The position numbers and the translations under genes are program-made. The notes below the pieces were generated by a model. The model saw nothing but the letters and a program-made list of their open reading frames with translations. It had not been told where the DNA came from and ran no database searches. 34,486 nucleotides of DNA from Vulcanococcus sp. Its GTDB lineage: Bacteria; Cyanobacteriota; Cyanobacteriia; PCC-6307; Cyanobiaceae. Location: NCBI GenBank assembly GCA_044341905.1, contig JBIIQU010000001.1:1-34486 (forward strand), in the 5' to 3' direction. Below, one piece after another: positions 18,239-26,641 of the stretch (positions are counted from its first letter, which is position 1; every line of letters begins with the position of its first letter).

Positions 18239-18604
18239 ATGACTGACGAGACCACCGATCTGAAGGAGCAGGTGAGCACCGCGGCTGAGGAGGCCGGCGC
18301 CAGCTTCAGTGAGCGCTACAGCGAAATCCTCGGCAAGGTGAACGAGACCCTCGACAAGGTCGACTGGAGCCAGATGGGCCGCATCGGCAAAGGTGTTGGC
18401 GTGCTGGTGGCCGTGATCGTTGCCCAGGTGCTGATCAAGGGCGTGCTGGACACCATCAATCTGTTGCCCGTGGTGCCCGGCCTGCTGGAGCTGTTGGGCC
18501 TGGTGGTGGTGGGCCAGTGGAGCTGGCAGAACCTCACCACCAGCGACAAGCGCAATGCCGTGGTGAGCAAGGTGCAGACCCTGCGCAAGGAATACCTCGG
18601 CTGA
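18239..18604 (+). CDS. CAAD-domain (CurT/CURT1-like) thylakoid membrane protein
   Basis: Acidic N-terminus, a hydrophobic helix, VLDTINLLPVVPGLLELLGL, a second TM, then W..L....R and a basic helix ending LG. Confidence 0.85.
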   Translation: MTDETTDLKEQVSTAAEEAGASFSERYSEILGKVNETLDKVDWSQMGRIGKGVGVLVAVIVAQVLIKGVLDTINLLPVVPGLLELLGLVVVGQWSWQNLTTSDKRNAVVSKVQTLRKEYLG

Positions 18605-18647
18605 GAGCCGGGCGCCTGCTCGGCCTGATCCGCCGGCTGCCCTCGCC

Positions 18648-19571
18648 TCAGGCGCTGGGTGGCCGGCGGATCAGCGTTTGGATGCATTGCTCTGCCTGGT
18701 GCCAATAGCTGCCGCCGAACAGGTTGGCGTGGTTGAGCAGGTGATACAGGTTGTAGAGCGTCACCCGCTTCTGATGGCCTGGCTCCAGGGGCCACTCCGC
18801 CTGGTAACCGGCGAAGAAGGCCTCGGGGAAGCCGCCGAACAGTTGGGCCATCGCCAGGTCCACCTCCCGATCGCCGCGATAGACCGCGGGATCAAAGATG
18901 GCGCCGGTGTGTTCCTGGCCCGTGAGCAGCGCTGCATTGCCGCTCCACAGGTCGCCGTGCACCAACACGGGCGGCACCCGGTGCCGCTCCAACCATGTCG
19001 GGACCTGATCCAGCAGGGTGTTGGCGCCGGCTAGCCGGTGGCCTGAACGCTCGGCCTGGGCCAGCTGCACCCCCAGGCGCTGTTCGGCGAAGAACGCCCC
19101 CCAGCTCGCGCGCCAGCCATTGCATTGGGGGCCGGTGCCAATGAAGTTGTCCGCCGTCCAGCCATAGGGCGCCGCCGGGTTGTCCGGTGCCTCGGACACG
19201 CTGTTGCGGTGCAGCCGGGCCAGGCCCCTGCCGAGGCCCAACCAGCCGGCGCTGTTGTGGCTGTGGGCGCCACGGGCCAGCGGGAGCCACTCCATCAGCA
19301 GGCAGGCGTGCCTGTGCACGGAGCCCCAGTGCAGGGGGCGGGGGATGGCGAGTTCTCCACGGGCCGCGGCGGCCAGGGCACCCAGGCCGTCGGCCTCCGC
19401 TTCCAACACCGGTAGCAGGTCGGCCCGGTTGGTCTTGGCGAACAGCAGGCCCCCATCCCACAGTTGCAGCTGCCAGGCGTTGTGGATGCAGCCCCCGCCC
19501 ACGGGGGTGAGGTGCCTCACCGGCTGACCCACCAGGGACTCCACCCAGGCGCTGAGCAGGGGCAGCCTCAT
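18648..19571 (-). CDS. Fructosamine/ketosamine-3-kinase family protein
   Basis: VGGGCI, FAKTN, EADGL, DNFIG, LVHGDLWSGN, IFDPAVYRGDREVDLAM, LYHLLNHANLFGGSY. Confidence 0.92.
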   Translation of the reverse strand: MRLPLLSAWVESLVGQPVRHLTPVGGGCIHNAWQLQLWDGGLLFAKTNRADLLPVLEAEADGLGALAAAARGELAIPRPLHWGSVHRHACLLMEWLPLARGAHSHNSAGWLGLGRGLARLHRNSVSEAPDNPAAPYGWTADNFIGTGPQCNGWRASWGAFFAEQRLGVQLAQAERSGHRLAGANTLLDQVPTWLERHRVPPVLVHGDLWSGNAALLTGQEHTGAIFDPAVYRGDREVDLAMAQLFGGFPEAFFAGYQAEWPLEPGHQKRVTLYNLYHLLNHANLFGGSYWHQAEQCIQTLIRRPPSA

Positions 19572-19611
19572 CGCGTCACGGCAGCCGTGGTGGTACTGCC
19601 AGCATGCCGCC

Positions 19612-21117
19612 ATGACCAGTCGCTGTGATGTGGCGGTGGTGGGGGCCGGCATCGCCGGACTCACCGCCGCAGCCCTCCTGGCCGCGGAGGGGCTGGAGGT
19701 GGTGCTGCTGGAGGCCCACAGCCAGAGCGGCGGTTGTGCCGGCACCTTCCGGCGGGGGGCGTACACCTTTGACGTGGGGGCCACCCAGGTGGCGGGCTTT
19801 GAACCCGGGGGCATCCACCAGCGGCTGTTTCGCCATTTCGGGGTGCCGTTGCCGCAGGCCGTACCCCTGGATCCGGGTTGCAGTGTGTGGCTGGCTGGTG
19901 AACCCGAGCCCATCCGGCTCTGGCGGGATCCCCAGCGCTGGCAGGCCGAGCGGCTGCGCCAGTTCCCAGGCAGTGCCCGGTTCTGGGCGCTGTGCGCGGC
20001 CCTGCACCGCAGCAACTGGGCCTTTGCTGCCCGGGATCCCGTGCTGCCCCCCCGCAATGGCTGGGATCTGGCCCGGCTGCTGGAGGCACTGAGGCCCGGA
20101 ACCGTGGCCAGCGGCCTGTTCACGGCGGCCACCATCGCTGACCTGTTGCGGCTGAGTGGTTGCGGTGGCGATCGACGCTTGCGCCGCTTCCTCGATCTGC
20201 AGCTCAAGCTCTATTCGCAGGAGCCCGCCGATCGCACCGCAGCCCTCTATGGCGCCACGGTGTTGGCCATGGCCCAGGCGCCGCTGGGCCTCTGGCACCT
20301 CCAGGGCTCCATGCAGCAGTTGAGCCAGGCCCTGGAGCTGGCCCTGGCCCAGGGCGGCGGTCAGCTGCGCTTGCGGCACCGGCTGGAGCGGCTGCAGCCC
20401 GATCCTCTGGGGGGCTGGATCCTGGAGGGCGCCGGCCCGGCCCGGCGCCCCTTCCGGTTGCAGGCCGATGAGGTGGTGTGCACCCTGCCGCCCCAGGCTC
20501 TGCAGGGCTTGCTGGGTGCCGCCATGCCCCGCGCCTATGGCCGCCGGATCGAGGCCTTCGGCGATCCATCCGGCGCCCTGGTGCTGTACGGCGCCGTGCC
20601 CCGGCAATTGTTGCCCCCGGATCTGGGGCTGCATGCCCAGCTGGAGTGGGGTGATCCCGGCAACCTGTTCGTGTCGATCAGCGCCGAAGCCGATGGCCGT
20701 GCCCCGGTGGGGCAGGCCAGCCTGATCGCCAGCGTGTTCACCCCCGCCCGGCCCTGGTTCGGCCTGGAGGAAGCGGCCTACCAGCAGCGCAAGCAGCAGG
20801 CCCTGGCGGGGATCCATGCGGGCCTCGAGGCTCTGCTGGGCCTGAGGCCTGAGCAGTTTCTGCACGCCGAGTTGGCCACCCCCCGGGGTTGGGCGGGCTG
20901 GACCGGCAGGCCGTTCGGTTTTGTCGGCGGGCTGGGGCAGCACCCCAGCCGCTTTGGCCCCTTCGGCCTGGCCAGCCGCTCGCCCCTGCCGGGGCTCTGG
21001 CTCTGTGGTGATGCCATCTATCCAGGAGAGGGCACAGCCGGAGTGAGCCTCTCGGCGCTGATGGCCTGCCGGCAGTTGCTGGCGCGGCGCGGCCATGCCC
21101 TGGAGATTGCGGCCTAG
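19612..21117 (+). CDS. crtD: Carotenoid C-3',4' desaturase (CrtD-like FAD oxidoreductase)
   Basis: VVGAGIAGL, GGCAGTF, FDVGATQVAG, FLDLQLKLYSQ, LWHLQGSMQ, ELATP, CGDAIYPGEGTAGVSLS. Confidence 0.82.
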   Translation: MTSRCDVAVVGAGIAGLTAAALLAAEGLEVVLLEAHSQSGGCAGTFRRGAYTFDVGATQVAGFEPGGIHQRLFRHFGVPLPQAVPLDPGCSVWLAGEPEPIRLWRDPQRWQAERLRQFPGSARFWALCAALHRSNWAFAARDPVLPPRNGWDLARLLEALRPGTVASGLFTAATIADLLRLSGCGGDRRLRRFLDLQLKLYSQEPADRTAALYGATVLAMAQAPLGLWHLQGSMQQLSQALELALAQGGGQLRLRHRLERLQPDPLGGWILEGAGPARRPFRLQADEVVCTLPPQALQGLLGAAMPRAYGRRIEAFGDPSGALVLYGAVPRQLLPPDLGLHAQLEWGDPGNLFVSISAEADGRAPVGQASLIASVFTPARPWFGLEEAAYQQRKQQALAGIHAGLEALLGLRPEQFLHAELATPRGWAGWTGRPFGFVGGLGQHPSRFGPFGLASRSPLPGLWLCGDAIYPGEGTAGVSLSALMACRQLLARRGHALEIAA

Positions 21118-21971
21118 AGAAACTCCGGCCGCAGGGCCTGGGTGGTGCTGAGGGCCTGCTCCAACTCTGGCCACTGTTCGCTCTGCACCAGGGCTTCCAG
21201 GCCATCTAGCTGCTGGCGGTAGTGCTGTAGGGCCCGCAGCACGGCCTCGCGGTTGCAGCGGGCCATCAGGGTGCCCAGCTCGGGGTTGCCGCCACCGATG
21301 CGGCTGGTATCAGCAAAGCCGCTGGAGGCCAGGTGCCGCACCAGGGCACCGGCCCCAGCCTCCGCCCCACCCAGGGCGGCGGCCTCCACCAGGGCGGCAC
21401 TCACCAGCACGGGCATGTGGGAGATCAGGGCCACGGCCTGGTCGTGGGCGCTGGCCCCACAGGTGAGCCACTGGGCCCCTACGGCCTCGGCCACTTGCTG
21501 CACCGCCGCCAGGGCCTCTGGGTCGGTGCTGGGCTCCGGGGTGGCCACCCACGGCCTCCCTTCAAACAGGCCGGGGAGGCCGGCCTCCACCCCCGCCTCG
21601 GCGGTGCCGGCCATCGGATGACTGGCCACAAAGCGGTCCAGCTGGCGCCAGCGCTCCAGCACAGGGGCCTTCACGGAACCCACATCGGTGACCACTGCCG
21701 CTGCGGGCAGTGCCGCCAGCAACGCCTCCGGGGGATGCAGCAGCCGGTCCAGGGGCAGGGCCAGCACGATCAGGCCGCAGTCCTGCAGCACCGCGGGATC
21801 GGTGCTCACCACGGTGGCCAGACCCCGCTCCAGCGCCCGTTCGGCTGTGGCGGGCCGGTGCACCAGGGCCTGCACCCGGGCTCCCCGGGCCAGCAGATCC
21901 AGGCCCAGGGACCCGCCGATCAGGCCGAGGCCCACGATCCCCACGGGGCGCTCGCGCCACAGGCTGGTCAT
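21114..21971 (-). CDS. tyrA: Prephenate/arogenate dehydrogenase
   Basis: GIVGLGLIGGS, TDVGSVK, HPMAG, HDQAVALISHMP, ASSGFADTSRIGGGNPELG. Confidence 0.94.
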   Translation of the reverse strand: MTSLWRERPVGIVGLGLIGGSLGLDLLARGARVQALVHRPATAERALERGLATVVSTDPAVLQDCGLIVLALPLDRLLHPPEALLAALPAAAVVTDVGSVKAPVLERWRQLDRFVASHPMAGTAEAGVEAGLPGLFEGRPWVATPEPSTDPEALAAVQQVAEAVGAQWLTCGASAHDQAVALISHMPVLVSAALVEAAALGGAEAGAGALVRHLASSGFADTSRIGGGNPELGTLMARCNREAVLRALQHYRQQLDGLEALVQSEQWPELEQALSTTQALRPEFL

Positions 21972-22012
21972 GGCTGAACAGTTCGCTGGAGCCAGCTTCC
22001 TACGATTTGTCG

Positions 22013-23446
22013 ATGTTGGAAGCCCAGGCCCACCAACAGCTCAAGGCGCTCCTCCGGCTGGAGGGGGAAACCCGCTGGCCGCATCACCTCACCCTGAGCC
22101 GGCTGGTGGCCCGCAGCTTGCGCCGCGCTGACCAGACGCTGGTGCGTCTGGTCCCGGGCAGTGATCCCAGTTGGTTGCTGGGCCTGCTGGTGCCCCTGGC
22201 CTTGAACGAGCAGCCCGTGGCCCTGGTGGTGAGTGCGGAGTTGCGGCAGCGGTTGCTGCAGGTGGAGCTGCCGCGTCTGCAGGCCGTTGGGCTGCAGTTG
22301 CCCTGTTGGGAAGGGCCCTCGGTGCCGCCCACAGCGCGGCTGTGGCTGCTGGACCACCAGGCCTTGGTGCGGGCCTGGCGCGACGGGTTGCTGGAGCAGC
22401 GTCAACTGGTGGTGCCGGAGGCGGAGCTGCTTGAGCCCTTGCTGCGCACCGCCCTGGGGGTCGTGATCGACACGGAGCACTGGGAGCAGTTGCGCCGCAG
22501 CTTGCCCGGCGCTGCGGCCAGCTTGTTGGAGCTGCATGAGCGCCTCAGCCGGCGGCTGTTGGCCCGTCCCTGTGGGCCGCTGCAGCAGGCGCCCATCACC
22601 CCGGAGGAGGAGGCGCCGCTGCGGCAGTTGCTGGCGGCGCTCGCCCCCCTGCCGGATCCCTGGCCCCGGTGGTTGGCCGCCGCCGGCGACGGCTGGACCA
22701 GCTGGGCCTGCATCAATCCCACCCTGTTGCAGTGGCAGTGGCACAGGCAGCCGCTGGAACCCTTGGCGGTGATGGCCGGGCTACTGCACCAGCGCGGCGC
22801 CGTGCTGGTGGGCCAGCTCTCGGAGGCGGCTGGCCGCGGCTTGGGCTTTGTTCCCCAGGTGGAGCTGAGCCTGGCCGATCCGCCCCTGCAGGATCCCCTG
22901 CCGCTCTATGCCCCGCCGGCCCAGCCCCTGCCGAATGCCCCCCACTACGGCGAACACCTGCTGGCGCAGTGCCGGCGCCTGGTGTTGGGCCAGGCCGGAC
23001 TCACGGTGGTGCTGCTCGATGACGACGGCCTGCGGCGTCAGCTGGCCAGCGGATTGGCCGCTGAGTTCGGCAGCCGCGTGGGTCATGAGCTCACGGCGCC
23101 GGAGAGCAATGGGGTGATCTGCTGCGGTTGGCGCTGGTGGCTTGACCACCAACATCGCTTGCCGCTCCCCTGCCAGCTGGTGGCGGCCACCCTGCCGATC
23201 GCCAGCCTCGAGGATCCGCTCACGGCAGCGCGGGTCGCGGCCCTGCGGCTTCAGGGCCGCGACTGGTTCCGGGAGTTGCTGCTGCCGGAAGCGCTCGGCA
23301 GGCTCCAGCGGGCGGTGGCCGGCCTGCGCCGCAACGGCGGCCGGCTTGCCGTGCTGGATGGTCGCATCAAGCGCCGGGGCTGGGGCCGCCAGGTGCTGGA
23401 GGCCCTGGAGCCCTGGGTGGCTTTGCAACGGCTGTTGCCCAGCTGA
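22013..23446 (+). CDS. DinG/Rad3-like helicase-fold protein with degenerate motifs
   Basis: Cyanobacterial N-terminus MLEAQAHQQL..WPHHLT. C-terminal LP...DP...WF..LLP.AL..LQRAV..LR...G.LAVLDGR...RGWG resembles Helicase_C_2. Confidence 0.75.
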   Translation: MLEAQAHQQLKALLRLEGETRWPHHLTLSRLVARSLRRADQTLVRLVPGSDPSWLLGLLVPLALNEQPVALVVSAELRQRLLQVELPRLQAVGLQLPCWEGPSVPPTARLWLLDHQALVRAWRDGLLEQRQLVVPEAELLEPLLRTALGVVIDTEHWEQLRRSLPGAAASLLELHERLSRRLLARPCGPLQQAPITPEEEAPLRQLLAALAPLPDPWPRWLAAAGDGWTSWACINPTLLQWQWHRQPLEPLAVMAGLLHQRGAVLVGQLSEAAGRGLGFVPQVELSLADPPLQDPLPLYAPPAQPLPNAPHYGEHLLAQCRRLVLGQAGLTVVLLDDDGLRRQLASGLAAEFGSRVGHELTAPESNGVICCGWRWWLDHQHRLPLPCQLVAATLPIASLEDPLTAARVAALRLQGRDWFRELLLPEALGRLQRAVAGLRRNGGRLAVLDGRIKRRGWGRQVLEALEPWVALQRLLPS

Positions 23447-23500
23447 TGAATTGGCGGGATCGTGCCCTTAACCTGACGCCCACCAGTTGAGAGAGGGTGC

Positions 23501-23770
23501 GTGGGAGAAGCCAAGCGCCGTGCTGAGCAGGGGTTGCCGGCCCGGCCCAAGCCCGCGAAGTCCCCGGCGGCCAAGGGTGGTTCCTCCAGGCCAAAAGACA
23601 CTTCCCCTCGTATTGCGCCATGGCTGCCCCTCACGCAGCAGCAGGGTGAACAGTTCGTTCAGGTCACCACCCGGGGGGCCTGGATTGGCATCGCCGCCCT
23701 GGTGCTGTTTTGGGTCACTGTGCGGTTTTTGGGGCCTGCATTGGGCTGGTGGACCCTCGCTGACGGCTGA
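23501..23770 (+). CDS. DUF2839-family small membrane protein
   Basis: MGEAKRR N-terminus, PWLP, TTRGAWIGI TM segment, VRFLGPALGWW. Confidence 0.8.
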   Translation: MGEAKRRAEQGLPARPKPAKSPAAKGGSSRPKDTSPRIAPWLPLTQQQGEQFVQVTTRGAWIGIAALVLFWVTVRFLGPALGWWTLADG

Positions 23771-23874
23771 TCCCTGGGTGGCCGAAAGCGCACACACGGA
23801 TCGGCCGGGAGTATTTGTACCCACCGAACCCTGAAGAAAACCTTAGGATCGCTGCACCCCTCGCTCGAAGGCCG

Positions 23875-24216
23875 ATGTTCGCGCGTCTCGCCGAGCACTA
23901 CCGATCTGTTGTTGAAGACCTGGTGATGAGCCTGCGTGCTCTCGCTGATGGCCTGCAGCAGCAGGGAATTGCTGCCACCTGTTACGTCTGCGGCGACGGC
24001 CGCGATGGTCATGGCGCCTCCTTCGTGGCCGATCTGGGCGACGGGCACATGGTGCGTTTCCTGGTGTCTGACTACGGGATCAGCTGGGTGGAATCCCGCA
24101 ATGGCCATGAACTCGTGAAGTTCGAGGGCGCCGAGGCGATTCAGGAACTCGAGCGTGTGGCCAAGGCCCTGCGTGAAGACGTGATCCCCGCCGCCTCCCT
24201 GGCGAGCCACGCCTGA
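23875..24216 (+). CDS. DUF1815-family cyanobacterial protein
   Basis: MFARLAEHYRSVVEDLVMSLRALA, ATCYVCG, HGASF, RFLVSDYGISWVESRNGHELVKFEGAEAIQEL. Confidence 0.8.
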   Translation: MFARLAEHYRSVVEDLVMSLRALADGLQQQGIAATCYVCGDGRDGHGASFVADLGDGHMVRFLVSDYGISWVESRNGHELVKFEGAEAIQELERVAKALREDVIPAASLASHA

Positions 24217-24246
24217 CGCGCCCTTTCACGCCCCCGGCGATCGATG

Positions 24247-24282
24247 AACAAGCCCCCGGCAGAAGCTTGCCGGGGGCTTGTT
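24247..24282. terminator. Likely bidirectional terminator between the DUF1815 gene and recA
   Basis: Perfect 15-bp inverted repeat AACAAGCCCCCGGCA / TGCCGGGGGCTTGTT with a 6-nt loop and TTGTT tails on both strands. Confidence 0.85.
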
Positions 24283-24320
24283 GTTTGGCCGTGGCCAACA
24301 GGCGGTTGCCGCTGTCCGGT

Positions 24321-25505
24321 TCAGCCGGCGGCAGGCAGGGGTTCGTCGCTGGTGCTGGCAGCACTGGCGGAGCCAGCGGCGGCAAGCTTGGCGGCCGCAG
24401 CTGCCACTGGCTTGAGTGAATCGCTGGTTTCACTCAGCTTCTGGCGCACCTGCACTTCGATCACCTCTTTCTGGGCGGGGTTCTGCTCCAGCCAGGTGAT
24501 GGTGTTGTCGCGGCCCTGGCCGATGTTGTCGCCCTCATAGCTGTACCAGGCGCCTTTGCGCACCACCACGCCGTTCTCTTCGGCGAGATCCAAGAGGCAG
24601 CCCAGGGTGCTGATGCCCCGGCCGAACAAAATGTCGAATTCGGCGATGCGGAAGGGTGGGGCCACCTTGTTCTTGGCCACCTTCACCTTGGCGCGGATGC
24701 CGTACTCCTCGGTGCCGCGCTTGAGGGTCTGGATACGCCGGATATCCAGACGCACGGAGGCATAGAACTTCAGGGCGTTGCCGCCCGTGGTGGTTTCGGG
24801 GTTGCCGTAGGTCACGCCGATCTTCTGGCGTAGCTGGTTCAGGAAGATCACCGTGCAACCCGATTTACCGATGTTGCCGGTGATCTTGCGCATGGCCTGG
24901 CTCATCAGGCGGGCCTGGCTGCCCACGGCCAGGTCGCCCATTTCGCCTTCGATCTCGGCGCGGGGGGTGAGGGCCGCCACGGAGTCCACCACCACGATGT
25001 CCACGGCGGCCGAGCGCACCAGCTGATCCACGATTTCCAGGGCCATCTCACCGGTATCCGGCTGCGACACCAGCAGGTTCTCGATGTCCACGCCCAGGGC
25101 GGCGGCATACACCGGATCCAGGGCATGTTCCGCATCCACAAAAGCGGCGACGCCGCCGCGGCGTTGCACCTCGGCGATGGCGTGCAGGGTGAGGGTGGTT
25201 TTGCCGGAGCTCTCCGGCCCGTACACCTCCACCACCCGGCCTTTGGGATAGCCACCACCCAGGGCCAGATCGAGGGTGAGGGCCCCGGTGGGGGTGGTTT
25301 CGATCCGCATGCGGGAGGCGTCCCCCAGGCGCATGATCGAGCCCTTGCCGAAGTTGCGCTCGATCTGGTTCAGCACCAGGCCCAGGGCCTTGTCCCGTTC
25401 GGCGGCGGCGCGGGCATCGCTGGCGGCGCTGAGACGGGCGGCTTTGGGGTCGGAACTTTTGGGATCCGAGGTTTTGAGATCCGAGGTCTTGTCGTCGGCG
25501 GGCAT
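24321..25505 (-). CDS. recA: Recombinase RecA
   Basis: [69 protein letters not shown]. No intein. Confidence 0.99.
   Translation of the reverse strand: MPADDKTSDLKTSDPKSSDPKAARLSAASDARAAAERDKALGLVLNQIERNFGKGSIMRLGDASRMRIETTPTGALTLDLALGGGYPKGRVVEVYGPESSGKTTLTLHAIAEVQRRGGVAAFVDAEHALDPVYAAALGVDIENLLVSQPDTGEMALEIVDQLVRSAAVDIVVVDSVAALTPRAEIEGEMGDLAVGSQARLMSQAMRKITGNIGKSGCTVIFLNQLRQKIGVTYGNPETTTGGNALKFYASVRLDIRRIQTLKRGTEEYGIRAKVKVAKNKVAPPFRIAEFDILFGRGISTLGCLLDLAEENGVVVRKGAWYSYEGDNIGQGRDNTITWLEQNPAQKEVIEVQVRQKLSETSDSLKPVAAAAAKLAAAGSASAASTSDEPLPAAG
25446..25490 (-). repeat. 3 x 15-bp imperfect tandem repeat in the recA 5' end ([15 protein letters not shown])
   Basis: Plus-strand units GGGGTCGGAACTTTT / GGGATCCGAGGTTTT / GAGATCCGAGGTCTT. 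Confidence 0.8.
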
Positions 25506-25655
25506 GTCTACGAAATCAGTGGGGGAACAGGCCGCGGATCAGGGGCCGGCGGAGACCGGTGGCCATCCTCTGCGACCTCACAGGATGAAGTGCCACCACA
25601 CGTGCCATCCGTTCGACCGGGAGCTGCTGGCCGGGAGCCGATAACGGCATCCTGT

Positions 25656-25669
25656 AGTACAGGCGTACC
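25656..25669 (-). promoter_or_regulatory. Cyanobacterial LexA (SOS) box upstream of recA
   Basis: Minus strand GGTAC-GCC-T-GTACT matches RGTACNNNDGTWCB. It lies 150 nt before the recA ATG and overlaps a candidate -10 TACGGT (25672-25667). Confidence 0.85.
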
Positions 25670-25677
25670 GTAGCGGA

Positions 25678-26430
25678 TCAGGGCCAGTCCGCCAAGGGGG
25701 CGTCGAACTGCTCTGGGGTGAGCAGGTGGATGTCATCCGGCAGCCCCTCGCGGTCCCCGGGTCCGAGGTACCCCCAGGACACCAGGAAGCAGCGCACGGT
25801 CTCCAGGCCAGGGGTGCGGCGCACGGTTTCCAAGGTGGGGCGCCGGTCTTCGATGAACCACAGGGGCTGGCCCTGGTCCTGTCTGAGTTGGAGCAGCACC
25901 TCGGCTTTGCTGCCCTGCTCGTGGCCGAACACCGCCAGGGGTTTCAGGCCGATGGCCCCCAGCAGCTCCTGGGCAAAGGCGGCGCCCTTGGTGGTGAGCA
26001 CCAGCCAGGAACTGCCCTCGGCCTCCAAGCGCCGCAGTCGCTCCGGCACGCCTGGATAGGCGCGGTGCAGGGCTAGCCAGGCGGCGGGGTTGTCCTGCAG
26101 GGCCCCATGGCGCAGGGTTTCCAGGGCCGTTTGCAGCGCCTCGGGCTCCAGGGCCCAGTGCGCCAGGGCCGCGGCTGTGCAGCCGGCGTAGTCCGCCAGA
26201 TAGCGAGCCAGGTCGAGATCTTGGCGGGAGAGTTCCAGAGCGGCCAGCACCATTTCCCAGCCCTTGTGGATCAGCGGCCGGAGCTGGCTGAAGGCCTCTG
26301 GCGCCTGGAGGGGAAGCTCTGTGCCTGGGCGCAGGGTTTGGGCGGCGCTGCGGGCGCTCCACCAATATTCCGGCATGCCGTCCACGAGGACGCCGTCGAA
26401 GTCAAACACCAGCAAGGGGCGGGACTTCAC
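25678..26430 (-). CDS. HAD-superfamily hydrolase
   Basis: Motif I VFDFDGVLVD, LTTK, K, FIEDR, SWGY. Start at GTG 26430; the longer ORF call runs through the tRNA. Confidence 0.88.
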   Translation of the reverse strand: MKSRPLLVFDFDGVLVDGMPEYWWSARSAAQTLRPGTELPLQAPEAFSQLRPLIHKGWEMVLAALELSRQDLDLARYLADYAGCTAAALAHWALEPEALQTALETLRHGALQDNPAAWLALHRAYPGVPERLRRLEAEGSSWLVLTTKGAAFAQELLGAIGLKPLAVFGHEQGSKAEVLLQLRQDQGQPLWFIEDRRPTLETVRRTPGLETVRCFLVSWGYLGPGDREGLPDDIHLLTPEQFDAPLADWP

Positions 26431-26447
26431 ACAGAAATTGCTTTGAA

Positions 26448-26519
26448 CTGGGCCGCTAGGATTCGAACCTAGGAATGGCGGGACCAAAACCCGCTGCCTT
26501 ACCACTTGGCGACGGCCCA
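26448..26519 (-). tRNA. tRNA-Gln(TTG)
   Basis: Reverse complement TGGGCCGTCGCCAAGTGGTAAGGCAGCGGGTTTTGGTCCCGCCATTCCTAGGTTCGAATCCTAGCGGCCCAG has anticodon TTG. CCA is not encoded. Confidence 0.97.
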
Positions 26520-26641
26520 ACGCGCTGTGGGGTCAGATCAGCCGGAGCTGGTCAGCGCGACGACTGAACGTCGCAACCCGGAGCACTCAGATAGTTACCC
26601 ACAGCGGGGCGACCTTCGTCAATCGGGCAGCCGGATTGCCC

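Noticed and set aside
25654-25668. NtcA box upstream of recA
   Set aside because: The spacing is GTA-N9-TAC rather than N8, and the site fits the LexA consensus.
12549-26519. Genomic island bounded by the two tRNAs
   Set aside because: No integrase, no duplicated tRNA 3' end and no visible composition shift; the content is housekeeping.
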